A stretch of 64,000 nt of DNA. Origin: Neodothiora populina. Taxonomy: Eukaryota. The stretch covers positions 1,674,001 to 1,738,000 of the forward strand of contig NW_027191405.1 in assembly GCF_041146345.1 (NCBI RefSeq), written 5' to 3'. Under the pieces are notes generated by a model, which searched no databases, was not told the DNA's origin, and saw only the letters and a program-made list of their open reading frames with translations. Position numbers and translations under genes: made by a program. Of the stretch, positions 25,601-35,509 are shown piece by piece; within the stretch, counting starts at the first letter, position 1; each line of letters begins with the position of its first letter.

Positions 25601-28487
25601 AGCTTGACTTTTCCTTTTCCTTTTCTTTCTCCTTGTCTTTCTTGGATTTCTTGGTCTCCTCTCTCTCGAGTGGTGGAGATGTCAAAACGACCTCGGGAGG
25701 AGGCTCCACGACTTCTGGAGCTTCCTCGATCACTTCAGGCTCTGCAGCAACGTCCATGATGTCTTGCGCAGGCGGTTCAGCCACGAAAGGCGCCGGCTCT
25801 GGCTCAGGAGATTTGCTCTTCTTGCCCTTTTTCTTGCTTTTCTTGGTCGAGAATCCCCAGATGTCATCTTCCGCAGCCTTGGGAGGTTCGCTGAGGTCGA
25901 CGAGGGGTTCTTCTGGTGGCGGAGCCTTCGACTCATCTGCCAGACCAGAAGATGCCATGTCAACGTCCAGAGATGTCCCTTTCGAATCCTTGGCTTTCTT
26001 CCCGATCGTCCACTCTGACTCAGGCTGCTGAACCTCAATATCAGGACTGGCTTCTGTGACTTCGACCGCAATATCGGCGTTCTTGTTCTTTTTCGCTTTA
26101 GATTTCTTGCCGAAAGACCAGTCATCGTCGTCGTTATCCGCTCCCCATGCTTTTGGCTCGTCGATTGACTCTGGGACCATGACTGGCTCCTCAGCGGGTT
26201 CGATGCTTTTCATCTTCGATTGACCCCAGCCGAAGCTCCAACTGCTATCATTCGCAGGCTCGGTCTTGGCCGGAGGTTCGTCAACCCCACTAGACTTCTT
26301 TCCCTTCTTCTTTTTGGTGGTTCCCCATCCGCCAGAGAACCAATCGTCCTGGTCGTTAGCGGGTTCGGTAGTGACGAGCGCAGTATCCTCCGTTACCGTG
26401 ATAGGGTCTTCGATCAAAGGTGCTTCGTCGACCGGATCAGGAACCTCGGGTGCTGATGGGGGTGGTGGTGTTGGCTCAGGGTTTGCTAGTGCTTTCGCTT
26501 TGGCAGCTTTGAGAGCTTTCTTTCTCTCTTTTGGGGTCATCCAGCTGAAGTCCTCCTCTTTGGGCTCTTCAACCACAACAGGGGCGGACTCTTCGGCTAC
26601 TACCACAACTTCCTCAACGACCGGTGCTTCCTCAACAGGTGCAGGCTCTTCAGGGGGTGGAGGTGGCGGGTCGGGGTTCGCCAATTTCGCCTTTGCGGCG
26701 GCTTTGAGAGCCTTCTTTCTTTCCTTAGGGGTCATCCAGCAGAAGTCTTCTTCTTTGGGTTCTTCAACCACAGGAGCTGGCTCCTCCGCAGGCGCAGGCG
26801 GTTCCTCCACTATCGGCTCTTCCTCTACAGAAGCAGGCTCCTCAGGAGGTGGAGGTGGTGGGTCAGGGTTTGCCAATTTCGCCTTTGCGGCGGCTTTGAG
26901 AGCCTTCTTCCTTTCCTTGGGACTCATCCAGCTGAAGTCATCTTCGACAACAGCTGGCTCTTCCACAACTACAACCTGGGGTTCGGGTTCGGGTTCGGGT
27001 TCGGGTTCGGGTTCAGGTTCAGGTTCAGGCTCAGGCTCGGGCTCAGGCATGCTAGCCTCGAGCAGTGCTTGCTTGGCTGCCGCTTTCTGTGCCTTCTTGC
27101 GCTCCTTGGAGGACATGCCAGCATACGGATCTACGGCCTCTGGCTCTTCCTCTACCACTGGAGAGGCTGGCTGCTCGGCAGGTTCTGCAACTTCTGGTTC
27201 CGCTTCTTCCTGTGGCGTTTCATCAGTGGCGCCGGCGTCAAAACCAAAGTCAAACGCAGTGCCCTTCTTTTTCTTGGATTTCTTGGTTGCTCCAAAACTC
27301 CAAGCATTGTCATCCACAGCAGCACTTGAATCACCTGCGGCGGTAAAGCTCCAGGTATTGTTTCCTGAACCCCATCCACTTCCCCAAGCAGACTCGCTGG
27401 GTTTGCTCTCGGCACTGTCGCCGAAGTTGAGATCTAGTTTCGGGGCCTGGCTTTCGCCGAGGTCCACGTCGTCCAAGTCGGTCGGAGGTGGTGGTGGTTC
27501 TGGATCGGTCAATTTACCTTTCTTCTTTTTCTTCTTCGCGGTTGAGAAGCCTGCCCACGGATCATCTTCTACCTCTGGGGCTGCAGCAGGTGCGGCGCTC
27601 TGATCGGCTTGATCAACCTCTCCGGTGTTGTCGTCGTTCTCATCCAAAGCATCCCAGCTAAATGCATTTTTCTTCTTCTTGCCTTTTTTGCCGGTCATTG
27701 CCCATTCGTCATCGTTGTTGCCGTCATTGTCGTTATTTTCGTCGTTATGCTCGTCGTTGTTATTGCCATCATCACCACCGCCGCCGCCGTCGCCTCCTCC
27801 ACCCTCGCCCCCGCCTTCGTTTGGGTCATCACCGCCCGCGCTGTCGCCGCCGTTACCATCTGCGTTATCACCGCCTTCTCCATCTTTTGCACCGTCTTCA
27901 GCCTTTTTATCGCCATCGTTGTCGCCTCCCCAACTGAAAGTGTTCTTGGCAGCCTGTGTCTTCTTCTTTTTTCCTTTGTGCTCTCGGATATAATCGCAAT
28001 TAGTGAAGTCGACTTTTGGCTGAGTTCGGCGGTCGATTACGGACAGCCGACTATCGTCATCTGCGTGGGAACTAGAACGGGACTCTGTGGAACTGATTGG
28101 GCCATCTGTGTGTGGGGCAGCTTGCGCATTTGTAGTAGTGTGATCTTGTAAATGGCCTATATCGGATGTCGTGCTGTTGTCGTACACATGTCCCGGCGAC
28201 GAGAGAAGAGAGGGTAAGCGAAGCACACGCTCATAAGCTTGCGCATACGCAAACAGACAAGTTTGCACTCGTTGCAGCGCGTCTAAAAACACCTGTCGGT
28301 CGATGCCACGTTGGTCTCTCCAATCTAGCGTTGCTGTGTGGATGCCCGATCTCACGTCGAAGAAGGCGGCAGCCCTGCTGCATGGAAGCGCGACTTGGTC
28401 CAATCCTGTCCGCCAGGGCGACGACACTTCATATTCCCGCCACGCACATCTTAGTGGATCTGCAGGATACTGCGCGATGGAGACCAT
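22635..28487 (-). CDS. Large (~1950 aa) low-complexity Glu/Lys/Pro-rich protein of unknown function
   Basis: Uninterrupted 5.85 kb ORF with repeated acidic-W-x-F-(K)n motifs, three ~64-aa tandem repeats, an (EP)n tract and a C-terminal charged coiled coil. The start codon is uncertain. Confidence 0.85.
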   Translation of the reverse strand: MVSIAQYPADPLRCAWREYEVSSPWRTGLDQVALPCSRAAAFFDVRSGIHTATLDWRDQRGIDRQVFLDALQRVQTCLFAYAQAYERVLRLPSLLSSPGHVYDNSTTSDIGHLQDHTTTNAQAAPHTDGPISSTESRSSSHADDDSRLSVIDRRTQPKVDFTNCDYIREHKGKKKKTQAAKNTFSWGGDNDGDKKAEDGAKDGEGGDNADGNGGDSAGGDDPNEGGGEGGGGDGGGGGDDGNNNDEHNDENNDNDGNNDDEWAMTGKKGKKKKNAFSWDALDENDDNTGEVDQADQSAAPAAAPEVEDDPWAGFSTAKKKKKKGKLTDPEPPPPPTDLDDVDLGESQAPKLDLNFGDSAESKPSESAWGSGWGSGNNTWSFTAAGDSSAAVDDNAWSFGATKKSKKKKGTAFDFGFDAGATDETPQEEAEPEVAEPAEQPASPVVEEEPEAVDPYAGMSSKERKKAQKAAAKQALLEASMPEPEPEPEPEPEPEPEPEPEPEPQVVVVEEPAVVEDDFSWMSPKERKKALKAAAKAKLANPDPPPPPPEEPASVEEEPIVEEPPAPAEEPAPVVEEPKEEDFCWMTPKERKKALKAAAKAKLANPDPPPPPPEEPAPVEEAPVVEEVVVVAEESAPVVVEEPKEEDFSWMTPKERKKALKAAKAKALANPEPTPPPPSAPEVPDPVDEAPLIEDPITVTEDTALVTTEPANDQDDWFSGGWGTTKKKKGKKSSGVDEPPAKTEPANDSSWSFGWGQSKMKSIEPAEEPVMVPESIDEPKAWGADNDDDDWSFGKKSKAKKNKNADIAVEVTEASPDIEVQQPESEWTIGKKAKDSKGTSLDVDMASSGLADESKAPPPEEPLVDLSEPPKAAEDDIWGFSTKKSKKKGKKSKSPEPEPAPFVAEPPAQDIMDVAAEPEVIEEAPEVVEPPPEVVLTSPPLEREETKKSKKDKEKEKEKEKSSSGWGIWGSSSKSSSKEKEKEKEKEKEKEREKERKEKERKEKEQKEKEQKEKEEQDFERQELERKEKEEAEEAQRKADEEAFAAALAEDDLRDLIDTSPPAVEEPLKLESAAGWGFWGAKSSKGSESKAEKQNEDDKKSGKSKLKSSTKSSIVADRIKALQGGRQSPKEDEETSAKDLDASAISPEPAPAPADPTPEVIEVPLEEPQPVKKSSKDKGKKSKKEKSPSPPPPAEPEPEPAVELVAPFAAPSPIPGGFPEDELVGPGVTAPAIVVPEIYQAPEEKTETKPEKEKKSFKSASKSKKESKTPKGDQPTPASKRKDSGEKPAKVEEKPVKSMTPSPELRASKKERPKVVRDQTGSSWGFWDSAGKPSAREDCRKERNSRDDTSPSKTKSSAPGLSRSRSERKASDRDHLDKADRSSGSDRARRESRSRPSAARGASFSQTFGIPTSTPSRSKSTRNSTPARRESHRHHSMDVDKHPAHLQDDIDTTKISSKAAELMGMRGTGGLDRRESTRDRRKSRGPPDPYAIDDDMIMVDRPEGSAGRSSSQNRRKSTQRSSKRDSIVMSGGLGEDPVLVDAHVTSDGPEIVTGPEDLAFVERRSRPSTKRSASTSKRASGIFGGLLGSLKPNNHSRTRAEESDDGTPRRKRRVEDDEDVRRLRREGRRVHRSKTMDIDGMIPNANDDEETQAQRAARRARRAERNAAEAAELDQRDARRREKEHAQDEERKARRIQEEEDAEVRRLEEKRAKRAARRQQAEDQETLEAEKRQRRREKEKERARLEEEDRRVRREERRLRHDKDRTRPSRHRSEYPPPVDDYFDPRNGAHGAYGDHAATAPPCAAPDKTSNWVHSVNEDPPPPPPVEGTIIDAPVHFATAALDEEEVNETTARELRRKHRRERERNGEVNSSDERRRRRREERKLMREEGVAAAAAAGNRDDGSAGDRSKRSSKAYNSLGFGDMNKTSADGGRVAGLGGSGKGWLKKITGL
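26450..27047 (-). repeat. Coding tandem repeat (3 copies, 192-195 nt period) plus an (EP)n hexanucleotide repeat
   Basis: DF(S/C)WM(S/T)PKERKKALKAA..ANP recurs with the GAAGTC anchor at 26934, 26742 and 26547; GGTTCG/GGCTCA repeats at ~26977-27047. Confidence 0.88.
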
Positions 28488-30012
28488 AGAGAGTCTTGGA
28501 TTGCGTCGGTCTTCTTACTACGAGTCGAGTTTTCTAGAAAGTATGGCATAGACAAGAAAAAAGTGGACGCGTCGTGGAAATAGGTAGACTCGCGCGCACA
28601 GGTCTGTCTCGAGTCTCAAAATGTATTGTGTGTATGGGGTGCAAGCATCCGACTAGGCCTTGTTTATCTTTTTCCTCAGAAAGGCACCAGGACCAACAGA
28701 ACATAAATTCTATGATAGACTAAGCGGCGGCAGCAGTAGCCAGCGAGATCTGATGAGCCAGGGGATCTGCTGTTGCCTGTGAAGAAAGAGATGGTCGTAT
28801 TGGTCGCGCGGTCTTGATCCGAAAACGAAGGAAGTCCGTAACCAAAAATTGGCAGGCCGGTAGGTAGCCCCTTTGTGACGGATGTTACTGTCACACACTA
28901 TCAATGCGCGGGCAATCCACCAATGGATGCGCAGAATCCAGACGTGAGATCTCGCTTGTGATTACTGGTGTGGCACACCACCTTGCGTTGTGCGGGTTGA
29001 CTGGACGCGCGAAAAGGAGGGGCTGGGGGCAATCAGAAACCAAGGAAGTTCGGTCGCTTGTAAGTGCAGCAGTGTCTGTGTCTATTCGACTGGCGGGGAC
29101 GATTTGTTTAATATGCGTTCGTTGTCACTCTTACTTGTTCAGCCACGAGGGGCACACACTGCAAAGACTCATACTTTGGGTGCCGCATTCTTTTTGACGA
29201 AGCATGTGATTCGCCAGTCACATCTTCATGAGAAAGAAAATTCTATGTGGTGCTCTGCGCTGCTGTTGGTCTCACCGCAACTTTGTCAAACGGGATTGGC
29301 CCTGTGTTTACGTACTACTTGCATACGGGCTAAGCTAAGCTATCTTATAGGTGAAGTAGAAAGAGGGGTCTATCTTTTTTGGCAGAGCTGATCCACCTTT
29401 TGGCACAGCGGGTGACGGGTACATCAACGACGAAGAACGGGAAGTCTGTTTAGCTTCCGTGCGGCTCGACTTCTTGATTCTTCAGGTACTCAAGCTACAT
29501 CAAGTCACCGTATACTTCTACGCTGCTATCCCTTGTGCAACATGACCAACAAATCTCTACGTAAAGTAAAGAGTGAATTGTGAAGCTATGCAGCCAAGGC
29601 TAGCAAGAGTGACTCGACTGGCTGTACGACCAAGGCGGAAGTTCACATTGTTGGGGCAAAATGCACGTCATTGACAAACAGCGGTCAGAATAGGTGATGC
29701 TACCTGAGTTTCCGGCACGCCGGGGCCACGGTATCGTGACTTTAATTGTCATTCCGAGGTCGAGTATACATTGAGTACCATCTATCCGTGAAGAAGGAAG
29801 AAGAGAAGAAGTAACAGTGTCGCTGCTAATACTATATAACTAGAGAATTTTCTAGCGTCAAGACAAGCAAGGCAGATGACGTTCAGAAGATCGAGGGGTA
29901 TCAATAGAAAAATAAGGAAAGATTAAGTTAACGTCCGGTGCCTCGTAAGACGCTCTTGGTGTCCATATCGATGTTGTCGGTAGCTTCACAGACTGAAACA
30001 CTAGAAGTATGC

Positions 30013-32352
30013 TCAGGCGTGGGTGATGCTTCCGTTCAAGATGCCAGCAGCGGCCTCAAGTTTCTGCCTCAGGAGCTCACTCTCAGGGCCGTCTTCGGCC
30101 TCTGTCTGCAGTTGTTCGCAAATATGCTTAAGACTTTCGATGAGACTGAACACAAGCGCTTTGTCCTTCATCCCTAAGGGGTGCTCTTTGACTTTCGTGG
30201 TGGTAGTTGCAACAGTCGATGTGGATGTCTCTTTTCGTGAGGTGAATTGCTTGTAAGCAGGACGACTGAAGGATCGGATACGTGTCGCTGCTGGCTTCGC
30301 TGCGACTATCTTCTGTGCCAAAGGCATGTTGTGGCCAGAGTCTGTCCTTTCCATGCTCTGCGCAGTAGAGCGGCCACTCCTAGTCTTTGGGGCAAGCCAA
30401 CCTGCCGTGGTGACTGGAGTCTGCCGCCCGCTTTTCAATCCTTCGCGAGCGGTCGCAAAACTCGCGGCGCTCACGATAGAGTCGGCAGACTTCTTGCGAA
30501 TGTGGTAGCTTTTCTCGATGTCGCGAAGAACTTCCGGGGTCTCGGGCGTTGGAGGAACTTCGATTACAGCATCCAGTCCTCGAGCAGTTTCTGAAGAATC
30601 CGTTGATGAAATGCTATCCCCACGTTGTCTGCCTATTGTCCCCATGGAGCTGTGTAAGAAGAAGTTGCCGTAGTCGAAAGCATCTTCTCGGTCTTCATGT
30701 CTTGTCGGCATTGCCGCTGGATGGTCCGCAGCGTCCTCGTATACACTTTCACTTTCCGTCTCTTCCGAAATGTCGGTGATTGTACCCCGCGAAATACTGG
30801 ATGACGGTGAGTTTCCTGAGACCGAATGCGTGTCGTCGATGCTACTTGTGCTCTCGACGGACTCCACGGTAGGTAGGCTTCCTCCGAAGATGTCGTCCGG
30901 AGAGAAGCGACGCTGCGGGGCGCTAGAATAGTTTATAGGTGAGCCGAGACTTGGTCTTGGGTTCGCAGGCTGGACGGGGGTAGAGTCGGCCAGAGGGGAA
31001 GCTTGTCGGAGTTGCTGCATGCTGCGCCGTCGTAAGCTGTCCTCACGAGCCCTCTCCTTCAAGTTTGAGATCCGTCCTTTTAGCTCAACCATTTGTTCGC
31101 GAAGGTCGCCAGCCGTGGAGGATCTGCGTGAGGAAACTCGGGAGGGGATACGATTTTGTGGCGTGGTTTGTACATCATTCTCAGGTAACGGCGCAAGTGG
31201 TGGCGGCCCATGGAGTCCCTCGTGCAGAAGCCGAGGTGTCTGGCGGCCACCAGAAGTGAGTTGCTCCTGGCTGCGAGATCCACGTAACGGATTTGATTTC
31301 CAGGACGGACCGGAGTGGTTGACAGGAATGACCACACGACTCAACGAAGTGAAAGGTCGCTCTGGAAGTATTGGTGAGGTAGCTGATTCGCTAAAGATGC
31401 GCTGGTGACTGAACGGATCGCTGCCATGGGCAGGATCTGATTGCTGTCGCGATCGCGTTTCCAATTGCTCATGGCCAGTATACTTTGCCCGGCCGTAGTA
31501 GTAAGCAGGCTGCAGGAAAGCTGAACTCAGGGATGTTGCGCGCCTCAGATTGGCAGCGGTAAGAGGAGCGACCATCTCTCGAGCGCCGCGCAGGTTCTGA
31601 TCCATCAACTGTGTCGTGTCAGTGTCATCATACGTCACTTGAATATTTGTACACCGACTCACGTTCAGCCTTTTCTTCGCATTTGCAAGGATCATCTCCG
31701 CGCGCATCAGAGTCACCGCTGACTCTTCTGTCTCCGGTGGCTCGATCTGATCTCCAGCATGCCACTTCTCACTCGGGGTCGCCAAATCGAGCTCGGTATC
31801 GCCCAGAGTCGAGGTGTCGTCCTCATCCTCTTCGCCGTCATCACGACTGCTGTCGAAGCCCACAAAGGCAGATGACCGCATAGCCTTCAGGTCATCGCTG
31901 CATATAGAACTCGCGGACATGCTCAACCTCTTCTGTTCATCTTCCAGGAAGCGATCTCGCGTGCCAGAGGCATACGCATAGCTCACGGTCGGCGAAGAAC
32001 CAAGTGCGACATCCGAGTATCTATATTGCGCACGTCTGGCGGGAGACGCTTGGAGGACTAGACCCTGTTGAGCTGTAGCCGAAGAGCGACGTGGAGGCGA
32101 GCGTTTCGAATTGGACCTCTGCACGCTCTCTCGCGACTCCTCATGATGATCCGATGTCTGCTCTTGGCGCGGGCGCTTGAGGAGGTACGACGGGGACGGC
32201 GGTCTGCTGGACCTGGGAGGAGTGGACCAGGAGATGGAGTCTCTGTCGGGCAGCACCATGTCCGGATTCGTGAGAGTTGGAGATCCAGGAATGGGCAGCG
32301 ACGGCAAGGGTTTGTGCTCCAGCGAGGCGGATGGGCGAAAATGGAGCTGCAT
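30013..32352 (-). CDS. Hypothetical Ser-rich protein with coiled-coil segments; probable 54-nt intron 31662-31609
   Basis: 779-codon ORF with helical blocks AEMILANAKKRLN/LMDQNLRGAR and LREQMVELKGRISNLKERAREDSLRRRS, plus HEDREDAFDY; GTGAGT...CTGAC...CAG intron. Confidence 0.8.
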   Translation of the reverse strand: MQLHFRPSASLEHKPLPSLPIPGSPTLTNPDMVLPDRDSISWSTPPRSSRPPSPSYLLKRPRQEQTSDHHEESRESVQRSNSKRSPPRRSSATAQQGLVLQASPARRAQYRYSDVALGSSPTVSYAYASGTRDRFLEDEQKRLSMSASSICSDDLKAMRSSAFVGFDSSRDDGEEDEDDTSTLGDTELDLATPSEKWHAGDQIEPPETEESAVTLMRAEMILANAKKRLNVSRCTNIQVTYDDTDTTQLMDQNLRGAREMVAPLTAANLRRATSLSSAFLQPAYYYGRAKYTGHEQLETRSRQQSDPAHGSDPFSHQRIFSESATSPILPERPFTSLSRVVIPVNHSGPSWKSNPLRGSRSQEQLTSGGRQTPRLLHEGLHGPPPLAPLPENDVQTTPQNRIPSRVSSRRSSTAGDLREQMVELKGRISNLKERAREDSLRRRSMQQLRQASPLADSTPVQPANPRPSLGSPINYSSAPQRRFSPDDIFGGSLPTVESVESTSSIDDTHSVSGNSPSSSISRGTITDISEETESESVYEDAADHPAAMPTRHEDREDAFDYGNFFLHSSMGTIGRQRGDSISSTDSSETARGLDAVIEVPPTPETPEVLRDIEKSYHIRKKSADSIVSAASFATAREGLKSGRQTPVTTAGWLAPKTRSGRSTAQSMERTDSGHNMPLAQKIVAAKPAATRIRSFSRPAYKQFTSRKETSTSTVATTTTKVKEHPLGMKDKALVFSLIESLKHICEQLQTEAEDGPESELLRQKLEAAAGILNGSITHA

Positions 32353-33378
32353 GGCGAAGATGGTCTTTTACTTGTATTTTACTTGTATTTTGCGGGCCAC
32401 TTTGCGTGTAACAGGGCCTTTTGCGGTTTCGCCGTGTTTCACATGCTCCAAAAGTGTAAACGCAGTAGATGCACAAAGCATGCGAGTTAGTATATATGCT
32501 GGATCTTCACGGCTCTATCTCAGTCGACGTGGATGAATTGAGCTGGTCGCGCCGGCATTGTAACTGTTTTGTAAACCGGACCATCGAAAGGGCCGGTGGA
32601 AAAGGAATGGAGAAAGCGTGCGCCTGGCCACCTTAGGTAATGAGGAGCGATAGAGAGCAGTGCCAAAAAAGTTTAGTGATTGCCGTTCTGCGAAGAAACA
32701 CACACTATTCACACCTGGGTGATACCTAATCTTACCTTGGGCACATCTTCTCAGGAACAGGTAAGGCGGAGCGGAAGACCAAGCGTCTGCCAATAACGGC
32801 GGCGCAAGGACATTTTTGGAACGAACTATCGCTTACTTGTCTTGGGTTTGAGCAGCCCCTCGAGACCATTTTGAGCAGAAAGTCAATCAATCTGTCGCAC
32901 CGATGAGGAGGACGAGTGTGAATTGTAGCCCTGTGCCATCGCGGATGCATCGACACGAACACAGCACTTCGACCATTCGCATAGCAACGCCTCCCCCTTG
33001 TGACCGAGGAATTTCTCGACATAGATATCGATCATTTTCGATCGCGGCACACTGGACTTAGCGACGGGTGCTGCTTGCTTATCGATGTCCATAAAGTCGT
33101 TCCCAACGGCTGCATATCATACGATCACAAGTGTATGAGTCCACCCACCCTTTCGATAGTTTGATTTTCTAGCCGTGGCTGCTGTCGACTCCATTTTCCA
33201 ACTACCGTGACCTGATTGCTCTACCTTATTAATGTCCGGGGTTTAAGCATGGATCCATGCTTCGGTCGGGCTCCCACGTATCTGGTCAAGCCATCGGACC
33301 CCACAGGGCTTCCGTCTCGGGACTCTTGATACTCGACACCACGTAAATTCAGATAAAGTGGCACAATGTCTAAATGGT

Positions 33379-34163
33379 TCATAAGCCCACGCCACTACCC
33401 TCGAGAGCTGGTCGCTTCATGCATTGCCTTATCTCAACTTTGTTGACATCGAAGCTTGACAGATCCAGACTGTGAGTCTCTAGCACCTCGTATCCAGCCT
33501 TGACATACAAGGGCAGTCCCTCAGCTGAAGCCTGGAGGAAAATGTCAAGCCCTCCTGCTTCATCTGCCTTTTCGGCTCCCTTGCGCAGGAGCAGCGTCGC
33601 GGCGCCTCGGCGTTGGTATTTCGGATGTGTGGCTATGAAATGCAAGACTTTTGCTATAAGAATACATCTGCATTTGATGAGCCCCAAACTAACTTACTCG
33701 CGTGTGGTTTGCCCTGTATATTGCGTCTTGCGAAATTCGCCCAGCTCTCAAACAGCGTTGACATGACTTGGTCAAGGCTACCGTCCGGATCATACTTCGT
33801 GGCCGGACTCGTTTGCCCTTGGGCCAATATATCATCCACGCCTTGACCTTCGTCTTGGAGATTGGCTTCATCAATGGACAGGGAACCCCTGGGCCGAGCC
33901 ACTTCGGTACGGTAGTTGAATGAGTACTTAGCGACGGATACAATCTCCCCAGTATCAGTGTCTATAACCTTCCAAAAGGTCTCTTTGTCCTTATCAAAGT
34001 CGCGCGCAATGTATTCTAGAAATAATGTTGTTCTGTCCATGTTCTGAGCTGATGTCGCGATCCCGATCGCCTGAGTGATACCATTGTTCTTCATGGCGGC
34101 TTGATCGATCCTGGCTACCTCTGGTAGATCCGCCATCTGGACTGGTGCTACTTCGAAAGGCAT
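33379..34163 (-). CDS. GNAT-family acetyltransferase; one intron starting at 33697
   Basis: Acetyl-CoA motif A ATHPKYQRRGAATLLL and motif B FLQASAEGLPLYVKAGY; N-terminal KVIDTDTGEIVSVAKY; GTAAGT donor. Confidence 0.88.
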
Positions 34164-35509
34164 GTTGGTGGCTTTGCGATCCCTGCTGATGGTGCTGCGA
34201 TGAGAGATCGCCTGCGACTAGACATTGGATTATATGATATCGAGACCAGCGTTCTCATCCAACACATGATCATCGGTGCTTTCGTGAAGAGTGACTCACT
34301 CTCCTGTATAGGAAGCTGATATCGATAACGCTCAACGCGGAGGTACCATTTGCGTCTGGCCATCACTGTTCTACCAAATCAGGAAAGACGTCGTCTTATC
34401 GCGATTCGTGGAAGTACGTGGGATACTCCCCTCGATGCACTGTACTGTAGTGTCATGAGGGACGGGATATGAATCCTTCACGGCACAGCAAATCGTCAAG
34501 TCTGATGATCTGGCTGATCTGGAGCTGCTGCATGGATATTGATGCTATAACAAATCATATTCATATTGTCGTTGCTCCCCGGCCTCTTTTTGGGATTTAG
34601 ACGAGTCATCACTTGTCAGAGTCAGAGCATTGAACGCGGAACCCTGGTCCTTGCTTCAAGCATGTTGCAGGGATGTCCTGTACCCCGCTGGTTTGATCAT
34701 GTTGATCAAGTCTACAGACGCGTTATAGCCAAGAATGCAGAACAAGCACCACATTGCATACAGTTATTTGATTGAATACCTCGTGGTGTGATTATGAGCA
34801 GGGCACGATGCGTGACTGACAGATGTATCGGGTATTTTCATCCAGCGTTCTTCCTGGGTCAGGGAGAACCAATTTTAAGTCACCTCACCTCATGTCGTTT
34901 AGATATCTAGAACATGTCGCTCGGCTTGTCAAGATCGCGCTTGAATCAATCCACGTCATGCATCTACGTTCCCTGTCAGCACGGCTCCCCAAAATGTAAC
35001 ATTTCTTCCCGCATGCCACGTTCTCGGCATTGCGGGAGACAACCTTTATCGCGACAGGGAGGATCAATAAAGTAGACCGCTCTCAAGCAGAAACAGTGCC
35101 TTGAAAGAGCTACCGATGCGCATTCAGCACAATTTAGTTACAGCCTGCCGTGGCTAAAGCAGTCCTCCCCTTCGATCGTCAGCTTTTTCCAACGATCGTG
35201 TAGCTACTCCTCTCGATATGACACAATAGCAAAGCCCCCTGGTACATTTTCGATGCCCAGCCGGACACTAGACATGGTTGCGGACGATCTGTTAGATGTG
35301 ATCCGATGCCTGCATGCATGTCATCTGCTACAACTTCTCCCAAAAACGTGGTTCTGTGCTGCCCCGATTGACCAGGTCTGTTTCTCATCTTGTATCAATC
35401 CTCCAGCGCGAACCTCACAGACTCCCACGCGCAATCTTACGAGGCTATCTGCGCTGAGCTACCAAAGGTGACGAGCTCCGTTCCATAATCAGGTCCTAGG
35501 GTCCTCGTC

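Noticed and set aside
26266..27603. 445-aa plus-strand ORF and other long antisense ORFs (e.g. 16807-17628, 52374-53108)
   Set aside because: Antisense shadows of GC-rich or low-complexity coding sequence with no independent motifs.
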